Shown here in pieces: positions 1 to 11,590 of a stretch of DNA of 64,000 nt. Source of the stretch: Blastocladiella emersonii ATCC 22665 (Eukaryota > Fungi > Blastocladiomycota); NCBI GenBank assembly GCA_025594325.1, contig JANHCV010000008.1, forward strand, positions 434,001 to 498,000, written 5' to 3'. Both the position numbers and the translations under genes were made by a program. The notes under the pieces are model-generated. The model did not search any database. It was not told the DNA's origin and worked only from the letters and a program-made list of their open reading frames with translations. Within the stretch, counting starts at the first letter, position 1; every line of letters begins with the position of its first letter.

Positions 1-1488
1 CGCAGAACTCGGTGGGCCCGCAGGCGACGTCGCGGGCGTCGGGATATCCCCGAGCGGGGCGTGCGCGGACCCAGGCGTCGAGGACGATGGCGCGGACGCG
101 TGCGAGTGCGGGTGGACGGGGAGGGCGGGTGGTGGCGGGAGCGAGGACCGGTTCTGGTGGTGCGGCGGGACGTGCAGCTCGTGGATGTGCAGCGGGAGCG
201 GGGACAGGCCGCGCGCGGCGACCCCGGACTCGGCGTGGCGCACGGCGTCCAGGTACGAGTTGCGGCGGTCGGCGTCGTCGATCGTCTCGGCGGCGTGCTG
301 CTGGGTGGCGAGGTCCTCCTCCTACAACGCGCAAATCCGAAGTCAGTACTGGGCGGATCCGAGCAAGAGCGAGAGAAACGAGCGTACCAGATCGAACCGC
401 GGCGCCGCCTCGAGCAGCTCGCGCACATGCGGGTACTTGGCCGCATAATCAATCGCGGACCACCCATCCCCATCCACGCGGTCGGGCGCCGCGCCGTACT
501 CGAGCAACGTCCGGACAACCGCGACATGCGCGTCGCGCGCCGCGTACATGAGCGCGGTCCCGTTCTGCGCGTCAGGCGCATCCACCGCGGCGCCGCGCTC
601 GAGCATGCGGCGCACGTAGTCGTGTTTCCCGAGGTACGCCGCGAGAATGAACGGCGAGATGCCGTGGATACACGCGTGCGGGCGCTCGAACTCGGCGGGA
701 TCGGGCGTGGCGTCGACGAGCAGGCGGAAGATGGCCACGTGGTACGGGTGCGTCTGCGAGACGAGCGGCACGTTGTCGGCGGTGATTTCGAGGGCGTCCA
801 CCCCAAAGATACACGCGACGAGGGGCGTGCGTCCGCGCGAGTCCGTCGCCGCCAAGTCTCGCCCGAGCGTGCCCTCGCAACGCATGCGGTCGAGGATCGC
901 GGCGACGGCGCGCACGTTGCCCGCGAGAACCGCCAAAACGAGCGGCGTCGCCTCGTACGCGCACGCCGTCTCCGGGTCGTGCGATTGTTCAGAGGAGCGC
1001 AGCGAGACGTGCGACCCCGCGGAGAACGGGGAGAGCGTGTCGGCCGAGTACCACGGGAACCGCGACCGGATATCGTCGCCGTCGAGCCCGAGGTCGTCGG
1101 TGCCCGCGGCGCTGAAGGCGGGCGACGAGATGGGCGGCGTCGGTCGCACGCTGGGCGAGGCCCCAGTCCACGACTGCGCGCTCGCGCGGCGCTGGCGCGG
1201 TCCAGAGGCGGCGGAGGCGAGCGGCGACGGCGGGACGGGCGAGAAGGTCACGCTGTTTCCCGACCCCCTCGCGCCGGCAGCAGGCGAACGCGGCGATCCC
1301 ATGGCGGGCTCGGCGCGCTGGCTGCGACCATTTGTCGCCGTAGATGGTGGTGGTGGTGGTGGAGGTGTGGATGCGGCCGAGACCGGGTCGCCACCGCCGG
1401 TGCCGTGCCGCGGCGAGCCCGGCGAGCCCGGCGGCGGGCCGTGGTGGTGGTGCAGCGCGGCCGCGCGCGGGTGGGCGGGGTGATGCAT
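1..1488 (-). CDS. Ankyrin-repeat protein, runs off the window at its 3' end; intron about 322-387; start uncertain (ATG 1488 or further upstream)
   Basis: ORF 343..1653 has ankyrin repeats (TPLVLAVLAGNVRAVAAIL, GRTPLVAC, GISPFILAAYLGKHDYV, GTALMYAARDAHVAVVRTLLEYGAAPDRVDGDGWSAIDYA). A GTACGC..CTGAC..TAG intron links to a Pro/His-rich exon that stays open to base 1. Confidence 0.75.
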
Positions 1489-2471
1489 CAAGTTGCGTGT
1501 GTGTCTGCGATGTCGTCGTGGTGTGGGGGATTCGGGGCGGCGACGTGAGCGAGCGATGCGGCGCGCGTTCCGTTCTCTCGCTCTCCCTTGCAGCAGCTCA
1601 CCGCTGACGATGGAAGCCGCGAGGATGGAAGCGCTACACGATGCAGCCAGCACGTCGGGTCGGGTCGGGTCGGGTCAGTCGGCGTCGTCGACGAAGGTCG
1701 TGCGCACACTCGAGCGCGAGCGAGCGCGCAAGTGGAGCCGAGCCGGCCGCGCGGGTCGCCGCCCTGCACGCCATGCTGCCCGCGGCACGGAAATACTCGC
1801 CCGTAACGGCGTCGGCCTCGCGTTTGCGACAGCAGTCGGGCATGAGGCGGACGGCGACGGCAGCAGCGACGGCGATAGAGTTGTCTCAGGTCGCATCGAC
1901 CCCTGAGGCGCGGCGCGCTGCGATGGAGAAGCTTCGTGAGTGAGCGAGCCGTACCAACGAGAACTTGGTCGGCGATGCCGACGGGAGGGTGGTCGCAGTG
2001 TTGGCGGTGTTGGGGGCGGCGACGGTCGGTCGGTCGATCCGCGGTCGGCGCGCGTCGCGAGTCGTGCGGGCGGGGCAACTGGGCTCGCCGCGCTACGTCG
2101 GTCGCGGAAGGCGAGCGATACTTGCTAGCCCCTCACTTGAACGAGAGCGAGAGAGAGTGCACTACCCTCGCCGTGCACCACCCTCGCCGTGCGGGCCCAG
2201 ACCCTCGCGCGCGCTAACCTTGCGGCCTGCCCGTGCCCGTCCGTTTGCTCCCCGATCAAGTGGCCCGGCCCTTCCACGAAGCAGCGGCGGCGTCGTCGTC
2301 GATGCGGCGTGACGCGCCCCCCGGGCTTGCCAGCAGCCGCTGCTTCGCCACCGCGATCGCCCGCGCGCCACGCCCGCGTCACCGTGACGCGCCCCTCCCC
2401 CTTGTCCCTGCCGCCCTGAGTTCCCGCGGACACGCACCGGTCAATCAAAACTTTTGTTCCTCCATCATCAT

Positions 2472-5287
2472 CTACGGATCGAACATGAGCGCCGCCGCGG
2501 GCCCCGCCGCCGCACCCGCGACCGTCGTTCCGGGGAACACGATCCCGCACCGGTTCGCAACGGCCGCGGGCGTACCATGGGCGCGAACATGCCCGAGCGT
2601 GATCCACATTTCGCTGGCGCACTCGAGCCGGCTCACCACCGTGCCGCCCTTCCACATGACGGCGCGCGGGTCGAGGTCGCGCGGCGGCGGGGTCACACTC
2701 ACGAGAATATCGCCGCCTGCCGCGGTATTCACGAGGTGCGTGACGGGGATCGTACGCTTGAGCCGGTCCTCGAGGACGCGCGTGGCGAACCCGGGGACGC
2801 GCGCGCCGCCGCCCACCAGCAAAATCGACGCGTACTGGCGGCGGATCCGGTCGTCGGTGCGCGTGCCGTGGATCAGCGCGTGGATCGCCGCGTCGAGCGG
2901 GGGCGCGACCCACGTGCGGGTGTACTCGTCGACGGTCAGCTTGGCAGGCGCGTCCACGTCCATGCTGTCCTCTTCCTCTTGGTCGTCCGCGTCGTCACCG
3001 ACCCCGCTGTCGATCCCGGGGAACTTGAACCCGCTCGCGACGCGCTTCTTCTTCTTCCCGACAACCTCCTGGTCCTCGCGCAGCCGGTCAGTGTACATGA
3101 GCTGCGCCGTGAGCGCGCACCGGTGCGCGAGCCCCGCGGGCGTCGCCGTGGGCTGTGCGGGCTGGCCCCACGCGAGCACGCCGGGCCACGGCGTCGGGTG
3201 CACGAGCGTCGACGGCCACAGGTTGCCGACGGTCGGCGCGTACGAGTAGCTGAGCATGCGCGCGTGCCGGTTCAGGTCGGCGAGTTTTTGCGGCAGGTTG
3301 GGGACGGCCGACGGGTAGAAGAGGGACTACACACGCGATCACAGTGAGCCACATTCCCGCGACAGTGAGAAAAAGAAAACCGTACCAGCGGCGCGAGGTA
3401 CAGCTCGGCGTACATCTTGGTCGCGTACTTCTGCGTGACACGCCCGGGCTCGCGCACGTACACGTCGACGACCTGGATCGCGAGATCCCCTTCATTCGCG
3501 GTACACCACTGCTCCTTGATCCCCTCGACGAGCTGCATGAACCGCGGCGGGACGCCCCCACCCACAACACTCGGCTCGAGCACCGCGCCGCCGCCGGGGA
3601 CGTGCCGCGCGAGGGGCGTGCGGTTCTCGCGCATCAGGTCCCACAGGACCTGCGTCACGTCGTCCCCACCCACGAGGATCCGCGCGGCGTCAACGACCTC
3701 GCCATTCTCGATCACCGCCACGGACGTCGCCTGGGCGCCGATATCCACGACGCACGCGGACGAGAGCCCGGCGCCGAAACACGCGAGCTGCGACTCGTGC
3801 CCGACGAGCGCCGAGTGGCACCCGAGCGAGTCGAGGACGACGCGCAGCAGCTCGTCGACGGCGCGGTGGTCGAGGAGGTCGGGGAGGACGAGCACGACGC
3901 GGGTCCGAGAACGCGCCGCGGCGTCCGCGACCCCCAACTCGACGCGCAGCACGTGCTCGAAGACGGCGGCCACGTCGTGGTGCCACTCGGCGAGCGACGC
4001 GTAGTCGCGCGTGTTGACGGATTTCGCGCGGAACGGGTGCACCACCGCGTACTGCGTGCGCGCGGCGTCGTCGAGGTCGAGCGCGGGCTGGCCGACGATC
4101 ACGTCGGGCGATTTTCCCGAGATACCGACCCAGTCGACGTGGAACGGGTCGTTGATCGCCGACACGCTGACGGCGCGCGCGCCCTGGTTGAAGCTCTGGA
4201 CCATGGCCGCCGCGTTGATGGGCGTGCGCAGGTTGCCGTCGCGGATCTTGCCGCGCAGGTGGTCTTCCATGGCGGCGCGCGCGGCGGTCGCGAGCGGGTT
4301 CTCGGCGGCAGCGGCGGAACCGGCGGCTTCGCGGTCAGCGAGCTCGCGCGCGGCAGCAGCGACGGCGGACCGCGCGGCATCGGGCCGGAGACGCCGCGCG
4401 AGCACGTTGGGGACGACCTTGGGCACCACGTCCGTGCTGAACCCGGCGCGCACGTACCGCGAGCCCGGGTGCAGGACCACGATGCGGGGCTCGTCCTCCT
4501 CGTCGTCGTCACTCCCATCCTCGTCGTCATCCTCGACCGTCGTCGCAGGCGGCACGATCGGCTCCGGCACCGCGATTGGCGCCGCGGCCGCCGCCGCCGT
4601 CTCCGCGACGCGCTGCCGCTGCCCCTTGGTCATCTTGCGCCGCTTCGTCCCGCCCGCGACCCCCGTCACCGCCATCTGCACGCCCTCTTCCCCACCCCCA
4701 CCATCCAGCATCCGCGCCGGCAACACCTCCTGCGCCGGGTGCGCGAGGAACCGGGACGTGACATTCCGCGTCATATCCATATTCGACGTGACGACCGCGA
4801 ACCGGTGGAACCGCAGGTCCGGGTCGATCGGCGTCCCCGCGGGCGCGTGGCTCGCCACGTACGTGTGGTTCTTGCGCGTCAGTTTCTTTGAGGTGGCGGC
4901 GGCCGCGGCGGCGGCGGCGGCGGCTGCTGCGGCAGCGGCGGCGGTGGCGGGGAGGGGGAGGATCGAAGGGGTGGTGGAGGTGGAGGTGGTGGACTCGGGT
5001 TTTAGGACCGAGCGGAGGAGCGACGGCGTCGACGCGGCGGCGGACGTCGAGTCGGCCGCGCCCGGTGCGGAGGGGGTCGGGGTCTCGCTGCGCAGGAGCG
5101 ACGCGAGCGACGTCGAGGATGGAGCGGGCGGCGGCGACGTGGCGGGACCAGTCGCGGTGGGCGAGGCGGACGCAGCGGCGGCGGCGGGGTCCTTGAGCAG
5201 CGCGCGCAGGCTCGCGGCGGACCGCCCGCTGCCGCCCGAGGCGGACGACGAGGAGCCGCGGCCGCGTTTCGAGGGAGATGGCGGCAT
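2472..5287 (-). CDS. ARP8: Actin-related protein 8 (INO80 complex); intron about 3329-3383
   Basis: IVVLHPGSRYVRAGFSTDVVPKVVPNVLARR, ACVVDIGAQATSVAVIENG, SILLVGGGARVPGF and MWKGGTVVSRLECASEMWI are Arp8-type actin-fold motifs after a long low-complexity N-terminus. ORFs 3272..5287 and 2472..3257 join across a GT-AG intron. Confidence 0.85.
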
Positions 5288-5363
5288 GCTGATGTTTAGC
5301 TAGAGAAGGGTGGGGGTGATCAACCAAAACTGCGCGTGTGTATGCGACCAAAGCAACCAAAAC

Positions 5364-8300
5364 TCACCGAATGTCCTTGCGCGAGAACCAGTCCGAGACG
5401 ACGCCGAACCCGTCGTCGGCGTGTTGCAGCTGTTACGTTGCAGGGAGTGGTGGTGTGGTTGTTGCCACGAGATGCATTCGTTGCGGGAGAAGCGAAGAGT
5501 GGGCGTGCGAAACGAGCCGAGCGTCAGTCACCTGTTATCCGAGCGCGTCTCTCACCCAATGAACCCGTACCTGGGCATAGAAATCCTCCCCCGCCTTGGC
5601 CGCGAGCGTCTTCTTGAGCGCCGCGACGCGCCTGTGCTCGCGGAAGCACTTTGGGCACTGCTTGGCGCTGCTGGCTTCGTTGAGGCACCTACACTCAACC
5701 GCGGCGTCAGCAACGCCCCCCTCCTCCGCCTTCACCCATGCGAACGTACCGAACGTGGAACGAGTGGCGACAGAAAAAGTGCGCCGTGGGCAACGCAAGC
5801 GGGGTGTTACACGCGGCACACGCCGTGACCTGGAACGTGACGGGTTTCGCCTCGAGCGCCTCGATTTCGCCGTGCATCCGCTGCGTCTCGCCCGCGTACG
5901 TCGCCGCGAGCGACTCGTTCTCGGCGACGACCGCGCGCGCCGCGTCCATGTGCGCCGCAAACACGCCGCGGACGAGCCCGAACCGGATCGCCGGGTTGCG
6001 CGCGAGCACGCCCAGGACTTGCACGGGCGTCAGCGCTTTCGCGGCGTCGATGTGCGCCATCACGTCGCGCAGGTCCGATTCGCGCACCGGGTCCGTGCCC
6101 GCCGTGTACGCGAGGACCGCCGTCCACAGCGCCGGCGCATCCTCGGCGGACCCGTGCTCGCGGACGATCCGGACCATCTCGGCGACATTCCCCGTGAGCT
6201 CCATGTGCACGTCGATCATTGCGCGGGCGTCGCCGCGGCGCGCGTGGAGGTACAGCGTCGCGTGGACCCAGTACCTTGCGCGCGCCGTCATGAGCGCGCG
6301 GTCGGCCGCGACCCGCGAGTCGGGGTGCTTGAGAACCGCCATCGCCGCGTCCGCGTCGGGGCAGCTATCGAACGCCGCGTTCCACACGCCCGCATCCGCC
6401 GCGACCACCGCGCGCGCGCCCGGGTGGTCGAACAGGACGAACCGGTAGAACGCGTGCAGCTGGCTCGACTGCTGCGGCGGGTACAGCCGCGCGAGCGCCG
6501 TCACCTGCGCGAGATCGAGCGTGCCGGCGTCGGCCGCCGCCGCGACGACCGTCTTGAGGAGCTCGGTGGCCGCGCCGGGTCGCGCCGCGATCAGCGCGCG
6601 CCCGAACTGCCGCACGAGCGCGAGCCGCGTCGCCGGGTCGCCCGCCATCTCGGACGACCCCAAAAACGCGAGCGCCGCGTCCGCGTCGTGCGTGCGATGG
6701 ACCAAAATCTGCAGCCGCAGGTCGTGCTGCGCGTGGCGCGTCGCGAGGTCGAGGGCGACGTCCCACAGCCCGCCGGCGACGCAGCACCGGATCGCGACCT
6801 CGACGTCAAACGGCAACTCGGCGTTCCCGCGCACGAGGTCCGCGAGCGCCGCGTGGTCGCCGGCCCGGATCAGCGCGTGGAACAGGAGCTGCGTGTGGTC
6901 GGCGGTCGCGACGCCGCGCTCGTGCAGCGTCTGCAGGTACGCGACCAGCATCGGCTGCGCGTCGGGCCGCGACGACAGCTTGCGCACCACGCGCGACGTC
7001 TCCCACCGCCCGATCGTCGCCTCGTACTCGCGCAGCGCGCCCGACGTGTCGCCTTGCGCGAGCAGGTGGTCCGCGTACGCGCCGTGCAGGTCGGCCGCGA
7101 CGGCGCCCGCGCTGGGGCCCGCGAGGGCGATCGCCGTCGTGAACAGGTGTTCCTGGACTAGCTCGTCGAGGCGCATCGCGAGGGGCTTCTCCTTGAGCCG
7201 CGCCACCGCGACCGTCTCCTCGCTGGCCAAACCCGTGTCGGCGAGCACCAGCAGGTTGGCCCCGGCCGCCGCCGCGACGCACCGGACGTGCGCGAACCGC
7301 GCCACGTGCACGCACAGCCGGTGCTCGAGGTGGTACACGGCGAGCGTGTCGCGCTGCAGGACCTCGTCGGTCGCGATCACCGCGAGGTACGGGGACGGCG
7401 CCCCCGAGATCTCGGGCGCCAGGTTGAGCCACGCAATCGACCGGATCGCCGACGCCCCATCGTCGCCGACCGCGTACGCCTGCCCGCGGCCCGATTCGGC
7501 GCAGAACACGACGAGCGTCTGGTGCTGCACGACGAGCACCTGGCTCCCGCCGCCCTTGGGGAACGGAACCGGCGGGACCACCGCGCCCGCCTCGGCATCG
7601 AGCGCCACGAGCTGGTCGCGCGGCGTCACGCAGTAGACCGCGCCCGCGGTCGTCACGAAAAAGCACGACCCGGCGAACGCGAGCCCCGTGACGGGGTCCG
7701 CGTTGTTCTCCTCGCGCAGCACCACGGGTTTGCCCGCGGGCCGCTCGCGCAGCACGTCGCCGCGAAGGAGGACGAGTGCGCCGGACGAGAAGCCGACGAG
7801 GATCGCGGGGGCGGCGGGTGGGAGGGATTGCGCCACGTGCGTCACGTAGCCCAGCGGGTGCAGGGCGGGGTTGCTCCCGCTCGTGGCGGTGCTGGTGAGG
7901 GAGAGGCGGCGTAGCGCCGAGGCGGCGGTCAGGGACGCCGGCATGCGCAGGTCGCGCACGATAGTGAAGGGCGCGTGGATTGTGTCGAGCGACTGGGACG
8001 TGGTGGCCGTCGGGTCGTAGCGGACTACGCGGATCAGCGGCGCGCCGTCGGGCTCTTGCTACACGGGGACGCGGCGTTAGTGCGCGAAGTTGAAAGGAAC
8101 GAAGAAGAAAACGCACAGCAGCAACCAGCAGCGTAACCGCCGCCGCCTCATGCTTGGTATGCACGCGCATCGCGACGCGCGGGTCGGCGACCACCGTCAC
8201 CGCCGTGATCCGCATCCCGTCATCGACCGCGGGAAAACTCTCGACGCTGACGGACGACGAGACACCTCCGCCCCCGCCCCCGCCGGCGCGCGGCATCGCC

Positions 8301-8521
8301 GAGCTGGCGACGTGCAGGTTCCCGCTCGCGTCGGCGAGGACCACGAACCCGTGTGCGGCGACGGGGGTGCCGGCGACGAGGTCCAGCTCGCTGCACAGGC
8401 GCGCCAGGTCGTCGCCCGCGCCGCGGAACGGCGTGTGGCACGCGTCGAAGAAGGACACGGTGCGCCACCCGGTGCTCGCGGCGGCGGCTGCGGCGAGCGC
8501 GGCGTCGGTGGTGGTGGACAT
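5364..8521 (-). CDS. VPS11: HOPS/CORVET subunit Vps11 (beta-propeller, CHCR repeat, RING-H2); introns include 8059-8116 and two near the 3' end
   Basis: N-terminal GWRTVSFFD; LHGAYADHLLAQGDTSGALREYEATIG; RING TACAACNTPLALPTAHFFCRHSFHVR|CLNE...CPKC; C-terminal LQHADDGFGVVSDWFSR. The introns are canonical GT-AG and keep the frame. Confidence 0.92.
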
Positions 8522-8747
8522 GGAGAGGTGTTGGTGTGGGTTTATAGAGCGCGAAGCATGGAGTCCCGCGCCGGGGTTGGTGGGCGGGGGAGGGGGAAGA
8601 GCGAGCGAAGGTTCCGCGGCGAACGCGAGCGCGTGGCTGGCCGGCCGGAGCTGCCACGTCCGTCGCGTCACGCGGATGTAGCCGGCGCGTCCTTGATCAC
8701 AAGGTTTGCGCGTCTCCCGAACTCTTCGCGAGTCGCGTGCGTGATCC

Positions 8748-9745
8748 GTGTTCCCGCGATCCGCCGCACCAGGAGTTCAAGCAGCCATTCTTGACCACGT
8801 TCTCGCCAACGTGTCCGTGATGGACGCGGCCATGAACGGAAACATGCCCGCGTTGCGGCTGTGGATCCACTCGGGTCGCAATTTCGCCTCTTGTCCGTAC
8901 TACGTCTTAAGTCTAACTCGCGGGTCGCGTCGAATCGTTTGACTTCCTCCGACGGATGCGGTTGGATCGTGGGCCGGGGCTGGGCGCGGCGAGGGTGCTC
9001 ATAGACGTGCGTTCCAAAGACGGTGACGAGGCGGGCCTGTCGATACAGTTCAATTCGGACTTTGGCCTGACTCCGTCAACTGTCTCCTCACTCTGCGCAG
9101 GGTCTAGGCTCAAACCAAGCGCCGGGCGACATTTACGCTGCCACGCTTGCGGAAGGCATTAGGCGAGGGTGTTTCACCTTGAAGCCCTCGTCGATGCGCT
9201 TGACTAGTGTCGGCGCCGCGGTTCTTGCCGATGCGTGCGCCAGTCTGGGGCAGTGTGTTTGCAGCGTTAAGCTTTCATTGATTGGTCTCACGGCTCCGAT
9301 CCTCGCTGCCATGCAACTCCCAGCCACGGTACGGGAGATCACCCTCGCAAAGTGCTTCCTGGCCTACCGCAGCAACGAGATCCACGGTGCCTGACTTCCC
9401 GACTCGGTAGAGGGGCTCCAGATCATCAGCAACCGTTTCGCGCCTCGCGGGTCGTCGAGCTTTCATCGCGTGCTTCCCCGGTCTCAGAAGCGGCCCAGGA
9501 TCGTCTATAGCAGCTTCGGACCGACTGGGATCGACGACCCTTTCGCGCTGCAACCCGCGCGGCGAGGGGCTTCGCACCCTTCTCGGCTCTCTCCGCGGAA
9601 GACTCGCCAAGCTGATTATCAAAGGTTGCGCCTCGACTGCCGTCGAGGCCGCGATCCTCGCTGCCAACATGCCCTCATCACTCGCCACGAGCGCGTAGGT
9701 ACTTGTGCCACTCGTAAAGCGAGTGTCTGCGTCCGTCCATGATCC
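8748..9745 (+). pseudogene. Decayed member of the LRR family found at 31.5-37.6 kb
   Basis: AAMNGNMPALRLWIHSGR resembles SALRLWKASGR. SMRLTSVGAAVLADACASLGQCV...PILAAMQLPATVREITL resembles SMRITSWGAARLRTAFSSTKQAV...PVIAAMGLPSTLKELSL. GA*LPDSVEGL (TGA 9392-9394) resembles GSWLPDSIERL. Broken by stops and frameshifts. Confidence 0.7.
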
Positions 9746-10688
9746 CCGTGGGCTTGCGCGCGGAGCCAGCAGGTTTGAGGACCAAGCCGAGGTGATGCGC
9801 GCGTACACGGTCCAAACGTGGGCAGGCAGTCCGTGCACAAGCCGCAGCCTTGATCTCGTGTCTACGCGTTGCGATTCCCGCCCGCGGGACGTGGTCAGCG
9901 CGCTTGAGCGAGAGAATGACCGGGTCGACGGCGGAAGCCTTTACAGGTCGACGGACCGTGGCGTGAAAGTCGCTGCGGTGAACGCAACGCACTCTTGACC
10001 GCGAGACGTGGCAAAGGCGCCGAGCCCGCTCGGAAGTGCACGAGCTTGGACGGTGAGAAGAGTTGCGGATTGTTCAAAAGTGATTCATGGAGGGCGAGGC
10101 AGGGAGCAAGAACCTGCGGGCGGGGTTGTGGCGGGCTTTCGATCGGGCGCCTCGCTTGCGGCGAAGCTGGTCGACGGAGCATCACCTGACCCATCACATG
10201 ATTTCTCGACGCGTCTCTCACCGTATGAACCCGGTCTGCTTCGGCCTCTCCGCTGTTTCGCTCCTTGAAAAAGCCAGGACAGCAAGTACGCAACGCGAAA
10301 TGCATCAAGTCTATTGCTCGCATCGCGTCCATAGCGTTACTTCGCCACCCTAAAAATGCATGGCCACAACTCACAATAGGTCCCAAACTAGAGCGATCCG
10401 CGACCCCGCGCACGCGTCCGATAGCGTCACCGCTTTGAACGCGACCGTCGCGACAAGAACACGCGTCGGAACGCGTCCCGGCTTGCGTCGACACCTCGCA
10501 GCGCTCGGCCCTCCCGCCCGGGTTCTCAGGGCGCAAGCGCGCAGCGGGCGGGAGAGAAGAGCGCGCGCGCAAAGGCTGCCGACGCGAGCCGACGCGGACG
10601 ACGCGCGTCAGATGTACGCGAACGAGTCGGAAGAATGGGCGCCGATGTGTTCGCGCGGTCACGGACCGTGAAAACGAATGGGACCCGA

Positions 10689-11518
10689 TTAGGCTATGGC
10701 GGTCGCGAAAGTCAGTCTCAGTCGTGAACCTGGAAAAGATCCAGCGCAGCGTACCTTGCAGAGCAGCACGTTCGACTTGGGTGCAATCAGGGTGTTGGTT
10801 TGACAGCGTGGACGCGCGAGCACTGCAGAGGTGATAGGCTCTCGACCTGGTGTGTTTTGTGTGAACTCGACAAGGTATTTGCAGTGGCGAGGATGGACGA
10901 GTTCTGCCGTTGCGACGAGATGCAGCAAACGGTTACTGCGCGGGTGCTAGACACAAGGACGAGCGAACATAGCTCGCATGCGGATCAGAGTCAGTCCAAC
11001 GAGGTAGGTCCCGCGGAGCAAAGCTTCCGCCAGCGGTCACGCACCAACGAGCACGGCTGGTGGACCTCGGTCCAGTGACGCTGAAAGTACTCGCAACAGA
11101 ACAATCGCCCTGCGTGAAATCGCGTCCATTCGACAAGATCGGGCTAAACTCGCAAGTCGTCAGAGCCAACGCACACTCGTGCTGCGGCGGTGCGGCCCGT
11201 ACCTCGCGCTGAGCGTCAGCTCCCTTTGCAAGAGCTGCAATGTATAGATTCTGGCGCGAAGCTCAAATTGAGAGCGACGCTCTGGACTCGACGACGACTT
11301 CATCGTGGCGAGGTCCCACTTGAAGCGTTTAGGCCGCGGGACCCGGCTGTTTTCTCTCCAAGCTCTCTCAACTTCTCAACGCCCCAGATCGAGTCGAGAG
11401 AGTGCATGCCCAGCCAGCGGGTAGAGTTTAATATGGCAGTGATATCATGATTCCGTTGCGGGAGCGAGAGCGGCCACGAGGCGCGCGTTGACTTCACCCC
11501 TCTCCTCCTCCCACTCAC
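10689..11518 (-). pseudogene. Possible decayed ORF of unknown family
   Basis: One minus-strand frame reads protein-like across several stops (..AISRRAIVLLRVLSASLDRG..*PLAEALLRGTYLVGLTLIRM..*..LLHLVATAELVHPRHCKYLVEF..). No recognisable motif. Confidence 0.2.
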
Positions 11519-11590
11519 GCGTGAGAAACTTGCTAGTAAAAATTCCCGTTATATAACATCGGCCTCGGCCATCATCTACTCCTGATACTA

